From: Methanofollis tationis
Lineage (GTDB): Archaea; Halobacteriota; Methanomicrobia; Methanomicrobiales; Methanofollaceae
DNA length: 32,000 nt
Direction of reading: 5' to 3'
Assembly: GCF_013377755.1 (NCBI RefSeq)
Contig: NZ_JABXWR010000001.1
Location: forward strand, 227,104-259,103
The translations under genes were made by a program, and so were the position numbers. Below are positions 8,901 through 17,420 of this stretch, one piece after another. Below the pieces are notes generated by a model. That model ran no database searches, was not told the DNA's origin, and saw only the letters and a list, made by a program, of their open reading frames with translations. The first letter of the stretch is position 1; the number at the start of each line of letters is the position of its first letter.

Positions 8901-10157
8901 GGTAGTGTTTCAGATCTTCTGTAATTCGTCTGAGCCCTGTCTCCTTGTTTGATCATTCCCCCTCCATCGTCAAATATCTTCTGCCGGTCACCCACTCCTC
9001 ATTGATGTCCATCAGGATGGATCCTGCCAGCCTGAGGAGTGACTCTTCATTGGGAAAGGCCCCTACAACTTTGGTTCTCCGTTTCAGTTCCTTGTTGACT
9101 CTTTCCATCATGTTCGTCGTTCGGATCCGCTTTGCGTGCTCTTTCGGGAACGCCGTGTAACTCATAAGTCCCGGGATGAATCTCTCGATCGTATTGGCCG
9201 CTTTCCGATATCCTCGTTCGTTCAGATCGTCTGCAAGCTCCTGCAGTCTCTCCTCGTCCCCATATGCCTCCTTCAAGGACTCAGCAACTTCTTTCTGATG
9301 TTTCCGTGGAATATTCTTTAAAACCGCCCGGGTGCAATGGACCGAGCACATCTGCCACGATGCGCCGAGGAAGGTGGCTTCCGCCGCCTTCTGGATCCCG
9401 GCATGACCATCTGAGACAACCATCTTGACACCCACCAATCCTCGTTCTTTGAGGTCTTCGAACAATCCCGACCAGAACATCTCATTCTCGCAATCAGTGA
9501 TTCTGGCTCCCAGGATTTCGCGGTAGCCATCCATTCGAACACCGGCGATCACCAGAAGAGCTTTGGTGATGTACCGTGGTCCCTCTCTGACTTTGTAGTA
9601 CGAAGCATCCACAAAGAGATAGGGAATCTCCTGTTCAATCGGCCTCTGAAGGAATGCATGGACCTGTTCATCGAGGTCCTTTGCTATCCTGGATACTGAA
9701 GCAGGAGAGAGTTGTTCGATGCCAAAATGAGCAACAATCTCCTGGATCCGGCGGGTTGAGACTCCCTGAAGGTAGGATTCAAAGATAGCATTCTCAAGAG
9801 CCTTCTCAACCCGGGAATAGCGTCCAAATACCTGTGTTTCGAAGGGAAATTCTCGGAACTGCGGTTTCTGGAGGATCGTTTCTCCATATCGGGTTTTTAG
9901 AGAGCGCTTCTTGTAGCCGTTTCGGTGAGCCTTCCGCGCATCGGTTCGTTCATACTGCTCGGCTCCCGCCTGGTGGAGGGCTTCGAGCAGCATCACCTGG
10001 TTGAGGAACCAGGTGATGAGGGTCTTCATGCCATTCTCATTATCGGAAAGATAATCTTCGATTAACGCTAAGGGATCCATGGCCCTGTTTCTCCTTTCTG
10101 CAAATCTAGGTTGGATTCAGGGCCAAATTATTTTTACAGAAAATTCGTTACACTATC
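8901..10157 (-). mobile_element. IS256-family insertion sequence, copy 1 (no target-site duplication)
   Basis: 1257 bp, near-identical to 15999-17255. The termini are imperfect inverted repeats (ggtagtgtttcagatcttctgtaa versus the reverse complement gatagtgtaacgaattttctgtaa). The flanking 8-mers differ (aatacaat versus gatagttt). Confidence 0.85.
8953..10080 (-). CDS. IS256-family (mutator-type) transposase
   Basis: A 375-aa ORF with ...YLFVDASYYKVRE...VSDGHAGIQKAAE...WQMCSVHCTRAVL... It differs from the copy at 16051-17178 at two amino acid positions. Confidence 0.85.
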   Translation of the reverse strand: MDPLALIEDYLSDNENGMKTLITWFLNQVMLLEALHQAGAEQYERTDARKAHRNGYKKRSLKTRYGETILQKPQFREFPFETQVFGRYSRVEKALENAIFESYLQGVSTRRIQEIVAHFGIEQLSPASVSRIAKDLDEQVHAFLQRPIEQEIPYLFVDASYYKVREGPRYITKALLVIAGVRMDGYREILGARITDCENEMFWSGLFEDLKERGLVGVKMVVSDGHAGIQKAAEATFLGASWQMCSVHCTRAVLKNIPRKHQKEVAESLKEAYGDEERLQELADDLNERGYRKAANTIERFIPGLMSYTAFPKEHAKRIRTTNMMERVNKELKRRTKVVGAFPNEESLLRLAGSILMDINEEWVTGRRYLTMEGE

Positions 10158-10400
10158 GATAGTTTCACGATCTTCGAGAAATTCTGCTATATATTTTGTT
10201 AATGCTACATGTATCCCGAACGCAGCAAAAACCATCCCAAAGAAATAAATAGTGAACGTGAGTGTGTAAACTCCAAGTCCTTCTGCTCCGAGATATTTTC
10301 CGATAAATATTCTGAGTATAAAATGGGCCAGTGACGCTGTGACGATACTGATGAACGCCCATTGCACGTCGATCATTGTCTTGCTCAGTGGGATCTTCAA
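10158..10400 (-). pseudogene. 5' fragment of a polysaccharide flippase (Wzx-like) gene, truncated by IS256 copy 1
   Basis: The hydrophobic N-terminus (WAFISIVTASLAHFILRIFIGKYLGAEGLGVYTLTFTIYFFGMVFAAFGIHVALTKYIAEF) runs straight into the IS256 terminus. The last codons and the stop are IS sequence. The segment is locally AT-rich. Confidence 0.5.
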
Positions 10401-10499
10401 TTTTTAACCTCAGTTATTTTCTATTCCGTTTTTAAGTGGATTAAAAGAATGTGGGGGTAATAGATGCCCTATCTGTTAATATATTGTGTCCTTAAGGGC

Positions 10500-11954
10500 T
10501 CATGCTATCTCTTGTATCGAGTGTCCATTCTTATCCCCCCGCCCGATCCCCCGGTACGCAAATCCTACCTCGATCCACCCATCCGGCTCCACCACATTCC
10601 TCCCATCAACAATCACCGGCCGCGCAGACCCGCACAACCGCTGCACCTCAATCGGCACCAGCCCCCGGTACTCCCGATGCCCGGCGAACACCACCACCGC
10701 ATCAGCACCAGAAAGCACCCCCTCTAAATCCCTCGACAATCCCGCCGGCACATCCGGCGCCGTCGCGGGATCCACCCACGGGTCATGCACGGCAACATCC
10801 GCCCCGGCCGCCCGTGCCATCTCATAGAACGGCTCCGCCGGCGTGTTCCGCGCATCGTCGGAGTCATTGATGAACGCCCAGCCGAGCAGGGCGATCTTTG
10901 AACCCGCGAGGGTCTTGCCTGCCTGCGCCAGCGCCGACTTCGTCAGCCGGAGCATGTGGGCCGGCATGAAGTCGTTGATCTGGCGGGAGGTGATGTACAG
11001 GGAGGCGATGTCCCCGGGCCAGTCGAGGGCGTCGGGCCCGAGCTGCTGCACCCCCCGTTCCAGGTGGTAGGTGTCCTTCGTCAGGCAGTGGCCGCCGACG
11101 CCGGCGCCCGGCCAGAGGATCGCACGGGTGATCCCCTCGCCTTTGAGGGAGTCGATCCCGGCCCTGACGTCGTAGAAGTTGATGCCCATCGCTTCGCAGT
11201 ACAGGGCGAGCTGGTTGGCGGCGGCGATCTGGAGGTCCCTGAAGGTGTTCTCGGCGGTCTTCGTCACCTCGGCGGCGGTGGCGGTCATCGGGATGACGCG
11301 GCCGGCGGTGAGCACCGGGGAGTAGAGTTCGACGGCGCGTTTCGTGCTTATGTCATCGATCCCGCCGACGATCCGGTCGTGCTCGCGGATGTTCTTGAGC
11401 AGCCGCCCGACCATCACCCGCTCGGGGGCGTGGGCGAGGGCGAAGTCCTCGCCTGCCACGAGGCCGGACTCCTCTTCGAGGAGCTGCCGGGCCATGCCGG
11501 TCGTGGTGCCCGGGGTGATCGTCGATTCGAGGACGACGAGCGTCCCCGGCGTCAGGTGCCGCCCGACATTCCTGATCCCCTCGATCAGGGGGGTGAAGTC
11601 GGGGAGGAGGTCTTTCTTGTCCTTGAATGGGGTCTGGATGGCGAGGGTGACGGCGTCGCACTCGGCGACCTTCGCGAAGTCAGGGGTGCAGGAGAATTTC
11701 CCGGCGGAGACGACCTTTCGCAGGAGGTCTTCAAGCCCGGGCTCCTCGCCCTTCAGGGGCGACTCGCCCTGGTTGAGCATCTCTATTTTATAGCCCGAGG
11801 TCCGGGAGGCGCGCTGGAAGCCGTAGACGTGCTCGATGCCCGGGACGTCGGCGAAGAGGAGGGCGGCCGGGATGCCGACGTAGCCCATCCCGAAGACGCC
11901 GATTGTTTGAATAGGTCCGCGCTGTTTGATAAGTGTTGCGAGTTTCTCGGTCAT
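10500..11954 (-). CDS. wecC: nucleotide-sugar dehydrogenase (UDP-ManNAc / UDP-GlcNAc 6-dehydrogenase, WecC/WbpA-like)
   Basis: A 484-aa ORF with an N-terminal Rossmann motif IGVFGMGYVGIPAA and a catalytic-Cys motif GGHCLTKD. It is the last gene of the co-directional operon. Confidence 0.8.
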   Translation of the reverse strand: MTEKLATLIKQRGPIQTIGVFGMGYVGIPAALLFADVPGIEHVYGFQRASRTSGYKIEMLNQGESPLKGEEPGLEDLLRKVVSAGKFSCTPDFAKVAECDAVTLAIQTPFKDKKDLLPDFTPLIEGIRNVGRHLTPGTLVVLESTITPGTTTGMARQLLEEESGLVAGEDFALAHAPERVMVGRLLKNIREHDRIVGGIDDISTKRAVELYSPVLTAGRVIPMTATAAEVTKTAENTFRDLQIAAANQLALYCEAMGINFYDVRAGIDSLKGEGITRAILWPGAGVGGHCLTKDTYHLERGVQQLGPDALDWPGDIASLYITSRQINDFMPAHMLRLTKSALAQAGKTLAGSKIALLGWAFINDSDDARNTPAEPFYEMARAAGADVAVHDPWVDPATAPDVPAGLSRDLEGVLSGADAVVVFAGHREYRGLVPIEVQRLCGSARPVIVDGRNVVEPDGWIEVGFAYRGIGRGDKNGHSIQEIA

Positions 11955-11976
11955 TGTATGCCTCTATGGTTGGTCT

Positions 11977-13032
11977 TCAGGGTTCATAATCGGTGATGAT
12001 CGCGGCGATCCGTTCGGCGGCATGGCCGTCGCCGAAGCGGGCGGAGTGCCGGCCTATCCGGCCGCCTGCCCGTGCTGTCTCCTCGATGATCTTCGAGCGG
12101 TCGGCGCCGACCAGGACGTTCCAGCCGTCCTCGACGGTCTCGACCCACTCGGTGTTCTCCCTGAGGGTGACGCACGGCACCTCCAGGATATAGGCCTCCT
12201 TCTGTACCCCGCCTGAGTCGGTGAGGACGGCGCGGGCATGGGAGAGGAGGTGGAGCATGTCGAGATATGGCAGGGGATCGATGATCTGGACGTTCGCCCC
12301 GACCTCGATCCCGTAGGCGGCCAGGTACTTCCTGGTCCTGGGATGGGCCGGGAAGACGACCGGCAGGTCGAGGGCGGCGAAGGCCCCCATGATCGAGCGC
12401 AGGTTCCCCTCCTGGTCGGTGTTGCTGGCGCGGTGGACGGTGGCCAGGTAGTAGCCGCCCTCCTCCAGCCCGGGCATCGGAGCGCAACCCGCGGCAAGGC
12501 AGCGGTTGCGCTGGAGGGCGTCGACCATCACGTCGCCGGTGAGGTGGACGCCTCCGGCGATCCCCTCCAGGGCGAGGTTCTGCACCGCCGTATCGGTCGG
12601 GCAGAAGAGGAGGGCGGAGAGGTGATCGGTGAGCACCCGGTTGATCTCCTCGGGCATCGCGCGGTCGAAGCTCCGCAAGCCCGCTTCGACGTGCGCCACC
12701 GGTACATGCACCTTCGCCGCCGCCAGCCCTCCCGCCAGGGTTGAGTTCGTGTCGCCGTAGACGAGCACCATATCTGGCTCCTCTTTCAGAATGACCTCCT
12801 CGATGGCGGCGAGCATCCGCCCGGTCTGCTCTCCCTGGCTCCCCGAGCCGATCCCGAGGTGGTAGTCGGGCGCCGGGATCCCGAGGTCGCGGAAGAAGAC
12901 GTCCGACATATTGGCGTCATAGTGCTGCCCGGTGTGGACGAGCACCTCCTGACACGATCGCCGCAGGGCGGCCGAGACCGGGGCGCACTTGATGAACTGG
13001 GGCCGTGCCCCCACGATGGAGAGGACCTTCAT
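11977..13032 (-). CDS. wecB: UDP-N-acetylglucosamine 2-epimerase (non-hydrolysing type)
   Basis: The real start is MKVLSIVGARPQFIK at 13032, an ATGA overlap with the upstream gene. The pattern then continues HTGQHYD...VYGDTNSTLAG...HVEAGLRSFD...PEEINR...DSGGVQKEA. The longer tracked ORF to 13761 is an Arg/Pro-rich artefactual extension. Confidence 0.85.
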   Translation of the reverse strand: MKVLSIVGARPQFIKCAPVSAALRRSCQEVLVHTGQHYDANMSDVFFRDLGIPAPDYHLGIGSGSQGEQTGRMLAAIEEVILKEEPDMVLVYGDTNSTLAGGLAAAKVHVPVAHVEAGLRSFDRAMPEEINRVLTDHLSALLFCPTDTAVQNLALEGIAGGVHLTGDVMVDALQRNRCLAAGCAPMPGLEEGGYYLATVHRASNTDQEGNLRSIMGAFAALDLPVVFPAHPRTRKYLAAYGIEVGANVQIIDPLPYLDMLHLLSHARAVLTDSGGVQKEAYILEVPCVTLRENTEWVETVEDGWNVLVGADRSKIIEETARAGGRIGRHSARFGDGHAAERIAAIITDYEP

Positions 13033-13946
13033 ATGCCCAGGCCCACTTTGACCGCCTCGCAGACCTGCAGGTTCAGCAGCCCCTGCTCGGGCGTCACCGG
13101 GAAGGGCTTGCCCTCGCGGGCGCACCTGACAAACGCCTGGAGCTCGGTCTTGAGGGGCTCGACCTTGTTCACCAGGAGCTTCTCGATGATATTCTCCTGC
13201 CGGTACAGCCCGTCGGTCTGGTCGTAGTGGCAGGGCTTCCGGTAGACATAGACCTCCTGGGTCATGAAGTCGGCCTCGATCGTTCGCCTCTCCTCCTCGA
13301 TGTAGATCGAGCGGATCTTCTTCGAGGACTTGCGGGAGGCCGAGAGGTAGACCGGCGTCGTCCCGAAGGTGGCGAGGACACCTGCAACGTCCTCGGTGCC
13401 GCTGGAGGAGAGGGTGTAGTCCTTTCCGGGGAAGAGGGCGTTGAAGACCACGTCGATGTCGTGGATCATCAGGTCCTCGACGACCGAAGACCCGGTGACC
13501 CGGGCCGAGGCCGGGTTGTGCCGGTGGAAGGCGACATAGAGGGGTGCGGCGACGATCTCCCCGATCTCCCGTACGATCGGGTTGAAGCGCTCGATATGCC
13601 CGATCCCGACGGTGACACCGTCCGGGATCTGCTCGATGAGGCGCTCGCCCTCCTCGACGGTGAGGCAGATCGGCTTCTCGATTAAGGTGTGGACGCCGGC
13701 CCCGATCACCTGCTGTGCGGTGTTGAAGTGGTAGGGGGTGGGGACACAGACCGAGACGCACTCGGCCTTTTGCAGGAGTTCCTCCATCGAGGAGCAGATC
13801 TCCGCTCCGGTGGCGGCGGCGACCTCCTCGGCCCCGGCGCGGTTGAGGTCATAGACATAGGTGGTCCCGACCTCCTTGAGTTCGGTGTAGACCCGGACGT
13901 GGTTCCTTCCCATCGCTCCGGTGCCGATGACGCCCGCGTCCATCAT
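13029..13946 (-). CDS. Gfo/Idh/MocA-family oxidoreductase (WbpB-like sugar 3-dehydrogenase candidate)
   Basis: A 305-aa ORF with N-terminal GVIGTGAMGRNHVRVY and an EKP motif (LIEKPI). It is translationally coupled on both sides. Confidence 0.75.
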   Translation of the reverse strand: MMDAGVIGTGAMGRNHVRVYTELKEVGTTYVYDLNRAGAEEVAAATGAEICSSMEELLQKAECVSVCVPTPYHFNTAQQVIGAGVHTLIEKPICLTVEEGERLIEQIPDGVTVGIGHIERFNPIVREIGEIVAAPLYVAFHRHNPASARVTGSSVVEDLMIHDIDVVFNALFPGKDYTLSSSGTEDVAGVLATFGTTPVYLSASRKSSKKIRSIYIEEERRTIEADFMTQEVYVYRKPCHYDQTDGLYRQENIIEKLLVNKVEPLKTELQAFVRCAREGKPFPVTPEQGLLNLQVCEAVKVGLGI

Positions 13947-15028
13947 TCGCTCACCCCGTTGATCGCCTCGCAGATGTACGCCCGCTCCTCTGCGGTCACG
14001 GCCGGGTGGACCGGGATCGAGAGCACTGAGGCGGCGAGCGCCTCAGCGACCGGGCAGGGTGACGACTCACGGTACAGCGGCTGGCGGTTGAGCGGGACCG
14101 GGTAGTGGATGGCGCTGCCGATCCCCTGCTCCTTGAGATAGGCCATGAACGCCTCGCGGGAGAGAGGAAACGCTTCGGTGAGCCTGAGGGCGTACTGGTG
14201 CCAGACATGGCTCCTGCCGGCAGCAACAGACGGCAGCACGATGCCCGGGGCGGTGATGTGGGCATTGAAGTAGGCGGCGTTCTCCTGCCGGCGGTGGTTG
14301 AAACCGTCGATCTTCTTCAGCTGCTCCCGCCCGACGGCCGAGGCGATGTCGGTGAGGCGGTAGTTGTAGCCGAGCTCGGTGTGGAGGTACTTCTCGCTCT
14401 GGCCGTGGTTGATGATCCGGCGGAGACGAGCATCGTACTCGTCGGAGGCAGTTGTCACCATCCCGCCCTCGCCGGTCGCCATGTTCTTTGTCGCATAGAA
14501 CGAGAAGCAGGCGAGGTCGCCAAGCGCCCCGGCCTTCCGCCCCTTGTAGGTGGCGCCATGGGCCTGGGCGGCATCCTCGATGAATACGAGGTCGTTGTCG
14601 GAGCAGATCTCACAAAGCGCCCCGGCGTCGCAGGGCTGGCCATAGAGGTGGACGCCGATCACGGCCTTTGTCCGGGGCGTGATCTTCGCGCTCACGTCGG
14701 CCGGGTCGATCGTGGCGGTCACCCCGTCCACATCGGCGAAGACCGGCACGGCCCCGCACATCGAGACCGAGGAGGCGGTCGCAAAGAAGGTGAACGCCGG
14801 GACGATCACCTCGTCGCCCGGCCCGACCCCGGCCGCGAGTAAGGCCGCATGGAGGGCGGCAGTGCCATTGTTCACGGCGACGGCGTGGGGGACGCCGCAG
14901 TACGCGGCGAACTCGTTTTCAAAGGCGGTGGTGACCGGGCCCTGGGCGATCGTGCCCGAGGCGAGGACTGACAGGACAGCATCGGCCTCCTCCTGGCCGA
15001 TGAGTGGGTGGGCGATGGGGATCTGCAT
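13943..15028 (-). CDS. DegT/DnrJ/EryC1/StrS-family PLP aminotransferase (WbpE-like)
   Basis: A 361-aa ORF with DAAQAHGA...FSFYATKNMATGEGGMV (PLP-lysine context). It is the first gene of the operon. Confidence 0.8.
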   Translation of the reverse strand: MQIPIAHPLIGQEEADAVLSVLASGTIAQGPVTTAFENEFAAYCGVPHAVAVNNGTAALHAALLAAGVGPGDEVIVPAFTFFATASSVSMCGAVPVFADVDGVTATIDPADVSAKITPRTKAVIGVHLYGQPCDAGALCEICSDNDLVFIEDAAQAHGATYKGRKAGALGDLACFSFYATKNMATGEGGMVTTASDEYDARLRRIINHGQSEKYLHTELGYNYRLTDIASAVGREQLKKIDGFNHRRQENAAYFNAHITAPGIVLPSVAAGRSHVWHQYALRLTEAFPLSREAFMAYLKEQGIGSAIHYPVPLNRQPLYRESSPCPVAEALAASVLSIPVHPAVTAEERAYICEAINGVSE

Positions 15029-15223
15029 ACGTGGTGCTCCTGATGAATGTGCGAAAACTCATCTTTTATTTTGCGGCAATTGTTTAAGTGGATTTCTCTT
15101 TGCCCCTCCTGCCGATCTCTAAGAAGGGCGGTTATTTCCCGGCACACCCGCTGCAAAAGCCCGAAACCTCCGGTACCTCTGGCATGGGGCGCATGGCCGC
15201 GCTCCCGGGGACCCCCCCTCCAT

Positions 15224-15455
15224 CATCGAGAAAATACGTCCATATCGCCCCCGGATCCGGGGGTCGCCCGGCCAATCCCGGCCCGTACCGGCGATATCTC
15301 CAGATCCCGGTCCTGCAAAGAGCATTCGAGAAACCAGGGGAATGCCGCCCCCTCTCCTGCCAGGATGGCGGCACGTATGATTGTTAGTACTACAAACCCC
15401 TTCACCCCCTCGCAGACGGCCGGGGGTGGAGCAGGATGCCGGGCGGAATGTGGCC
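15224..15455. repeat. novel non-coding repeat family, copy A
   Basis: It shares ordered blocks with the other four copies (aaaatacg.cc, cccc-ggatcc-gggg palindrome, ccggccaatc, ctctcctgc, tggcggc, gtatgattg, ccccttca, cgca.acggc). It lies 66 nt past the stop of the PIN fragment at 15522. All copies have the same orientation. Confidence 0.8.
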
Positions 15456-15521
15456 TGACTATCGGCCTGATTGGATATAACTGCGTTTTTTATGGTGTTT
15501 TTCTGGTTCGGTGCGGACGGT

Positions 15522-15862
15522 TCACGCTTCCCCTGTCACGGTGAGAATGCGCCTGTACAGCGCATCCTGAATCCAGAACCCGCCCCCCTCCCCGTCCATC
15601 TCCTCGCGCATCGAGGCAACCCGGCCTTCAGCCTTCGCCTGCAACAAAATGCCGATAATACCGGTGACCGGAAGATTGTAGAGTCCGGCGATACGGCGGG
15701 CTTCGGTCTCGTCGAGAAGGAGAATATCGGGTTTCATCTCCAGGGCCAGAGCGATGCTCTCCGACTCACCCGGGTGCAGGTCCTGTTCGAGCAGGTGTAC
15801 CCGGGCTCGACCACACAGTTCTCCTGGTAGGCTCGCGCCGGAAATAATCTCGATGAAAAGTG
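15522..15862 (-). pseudogene. PIN-like (DUF3368-type) toxin gene remnant with frameshift and internal deletion
   Basis: The C-terminal part reads ...LHPGESESIALALEMKPDILLLDETEARRIAGLYNLPVTGIIGILLQAKAEG. The N-terminal part (FSSRLFPARAYQE..VVEPG) is in a different frame. Confidence 0.55.
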
Positions 15863-15901
15863 TTGGAGGGGGCTGGGGCGATCAGAAAATGAATGAGGAA
15901 A

Positions 15902-15998
15902 TCACTGACCTCCTGCGGCTATAAGCGCCCGTATCTCCGGTGTGCCTTTTCTATTCGTCATGAGGTGAGTGATATGGACGATCGCAGCCTCTGAATCG
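15902..15998 (-). pseudogene. 3' fragment of the RelE-like toxin gene that is split by the nested TnpB and IS256 insertions
   Basis: It translates to DSEAAIVHITHLMTNRKGTPEIRALIAAGGQ*. This fits the missing C-terminus (xDxExxIVxIxxIxxR pattern) of the truncated ORF at 18603-18812. Confidence 0.5.
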
Positions 15999-17255
15999 GG
16001 TAGTGTTTCAGATCTTCTGTAATTCGTCTGAGCCCTGTCTCCTTGTTTGATCATTCCCCCTCCATCGTCAAATATCTTCTGCCGGTCACCCACTCCTCAT
16101 TGATGTCCATCAGGATGGATCCTGCCAGCCTGAGGAGTGACTCTTCATTGGGAAAGGCCCCTACAACTTTGGTTCTCCGTTTCAGTTCCTTGTTGACTCT
16201 TTCCATCATGTTCGTCGTTCGGATCCGCTTTGCGTGCTCTTTCGGGAACGCCGTGTAACTCATAAGTCCCGGGATGAATCTCTCGATCGTATTGGCCGCT
16301 TTCCGATATCCTCGTTCGTTCAGATCATCTGCAAGCTGCTGAAGTCTTTCCTCGTCCCCATATGCCTCCTTCAAGGACTCAGCAACTTCTTTCTGATGTT
16401 TCCGTGGAATATTCTTTAAAACCGCCCGGGTGCAATGGACCGAGCACATCTGCCACGATGCGCCGAGGAAGGCGGCTTCCGCCGCCTTCTGGATCCCGGC
16501 ATGACCATCTGAGACAACCATCTTGACACCCACCAATCCTCGTTCTTTGAGGTCTTCGAACAATCCCGACCAGAACATCTCATTTTCACAATCAGTGATT
16601 CTAGCTCCCAGGATTTCCCGGTAGCCATCCATTCGAACACCGGCGATCACCAGAAGAGCTTTGGTGATGTAGCGTGGTCCCTCTCTGACTTTGTAGTACG
16701 AAGCATCCACAAAGAGATAGGGAATCTCCTGTTCAATAGGCCTCTGAAGGAATGCATGGACCTGTTCATCGAGGTCCTTTGCTATCCTGGATACTGAAGC
16801 AGGAGAGAGTTGTTCGATGCCAAAATGAGCAACAATCTCCTGGATCCGGCGGGTTGAGACTCCCTGAAGGTAGGATTCAAAGATAGCATTCTCAAGAGCC
16901 TTCTCAACCCGGGAATAGCGTCCAAATACCTGTGTTTCGAAGGGGAACTCTCGGAATTGTGGTTTCTGGAGGATCGTTTCTCCATATCGGGTTTTTAGAG
17001 AGCGCTTCTTGTAGCCGTTTCGGTGAGCCTTCCGCGCATCGGTTCGTTCATACTGCTCGGCTCCCGCCTGGTGGAGGGCTTCGAGCAGCATCACCTGGTT
17101 GAGGAACCAGGTGATGAGGGTCTTCATGCCATTCTCATTATCGGAAAGATAATCTTCGATTAACGCTAAGGGATCCATGGCCCTGTTTCTCCTTTGTCCA
17201 AATCTAGGTTGGATTCAGGGCCAAATTATTTTTACAGAAGATTCGTTACACTATC
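15999..17255 (-). mobile_element. IS256-family insertion sequence, copy 2, with a perfect 8-bp target-site duplication
   Basis: ctgaatcg occurs at 15991-15998 and again at 17256-17263, directly abutting both termini. The element is near-identical to copy 1 (offset 7098 bp, same orientation). Confidence 0.9.
16051..17178 (-). CDS. IS256-family transposase
   Basis: A 375-aa ORF that matches 8953-10080 except for two residues (ATF/AAF and LQE/LQQ). Confidence 0.85.
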   Translation of the reverse strand: MDPLALIEDYLSDNENGMKTLITWFLNQVMLLEALHQAGAEQYERTDARKAHRNGYKKRSLKTRYGETILQKPQFREFPFETQVFGRYSRVEKALENAIFESYLQGVSTRRIQEIVAHFGIEQLSPASVSRIAKDLDEQVHAFLQRPIEQEIPYLFVDASYYKVREGPRYITKALLVIAGVRMDGYREILGARITDCENEMFWSGLFEDLKERGLVGVKMVVSDGHAGIQKAAEAAFLGASWQMCSVHCTRAVLKNIPRKHQKEVAESLKEAYGDEERLQQLADDLNERGYRKAANTIERFIPGLMSYTAFPKEHAKRIRTTNMMERVNKELKRRTKVVGAFPNEESLLRLAGSILMDINEEWVTGRRYLTMEGE

Positions 17256-17265
17256 CTGAATCGAC

Positions 17266-17420
17266 GGTGTGAACTACCTCGCCCTAAAGGGCGGGGCTTC
17301 CTGCTTCATTCTCCCTCTTTTGAGGCGAGTCCACAGGCTCAGCGGCGCGTTCCGCACCTGATACCCCGAAAAGATTCTGTTCTTGCAGGGCAAACGTCTT
17401 GATATTGTTCGCCGCGTTGA
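17266..17420 (-). ncRNA. candidate omega-RNA (TnpB guide RNA scaffold) overlapping the tnpB 3' end and right end
   Basis: The position follows established TnpB biology. The sequence ends in the hairpin gaagccccgccctttagggcgagg followed by tagttcac at the element boundary. The extent is not determined. Confidence 0.35.

Noticed and set aside
10956-11996. Long plus-strand ORF (346 aa) antisense to the dehydrogenase gene. Similar long antisense or alternative-frame ORFs occur at 143-718, 1199-1717, 1819-2715, 12238-12744, 13005-13685, 14105-14842 and elsewhere.
   Set aside because: Their composition is Arg/Gly/Pro/Asp-rich and low-complexity, and they have no recognisable motifs. They lie opposite ORFs with clear family signatures. 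These are typical shadow ORFs of high-GC DNA.
13033-13761. An N-terminal extension that makes the epimerase ORF 594 aa long.
   Set aside because: The extension is Arg/Pro/Gly-rich nonsense that overlaps the well-supported oxidoreductase gene in another frame. A canonical MKVLSIVGARPQF start with an ATGA coupling sits at 13032.
15921-15940. ataagcgcccgtatctccgg resembles the repeat left-end block aatacgcccgtatcgtccccgg, which suggested a sixth, disrupted repeat copy into which the TnpB element had inserted.
   Set aside because: The segment lies inside the recovered 3' coding fragment of the split RelE-like gene (…PEIRALIA…). No other repeat blocks follow at the expected spacing. It is most likely a chance 10-mer match.
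8901-17255. The two IS256 copies plus the intervening glycan operon as a composite transposon.
   Set aside because: The outer flanks (aatacaat on the left of copy 1, ctgaatcg on the right of copy 2) do not form a target duplication. Copy 2 has its own private 8-bp duplication, which shows it inserted independently.
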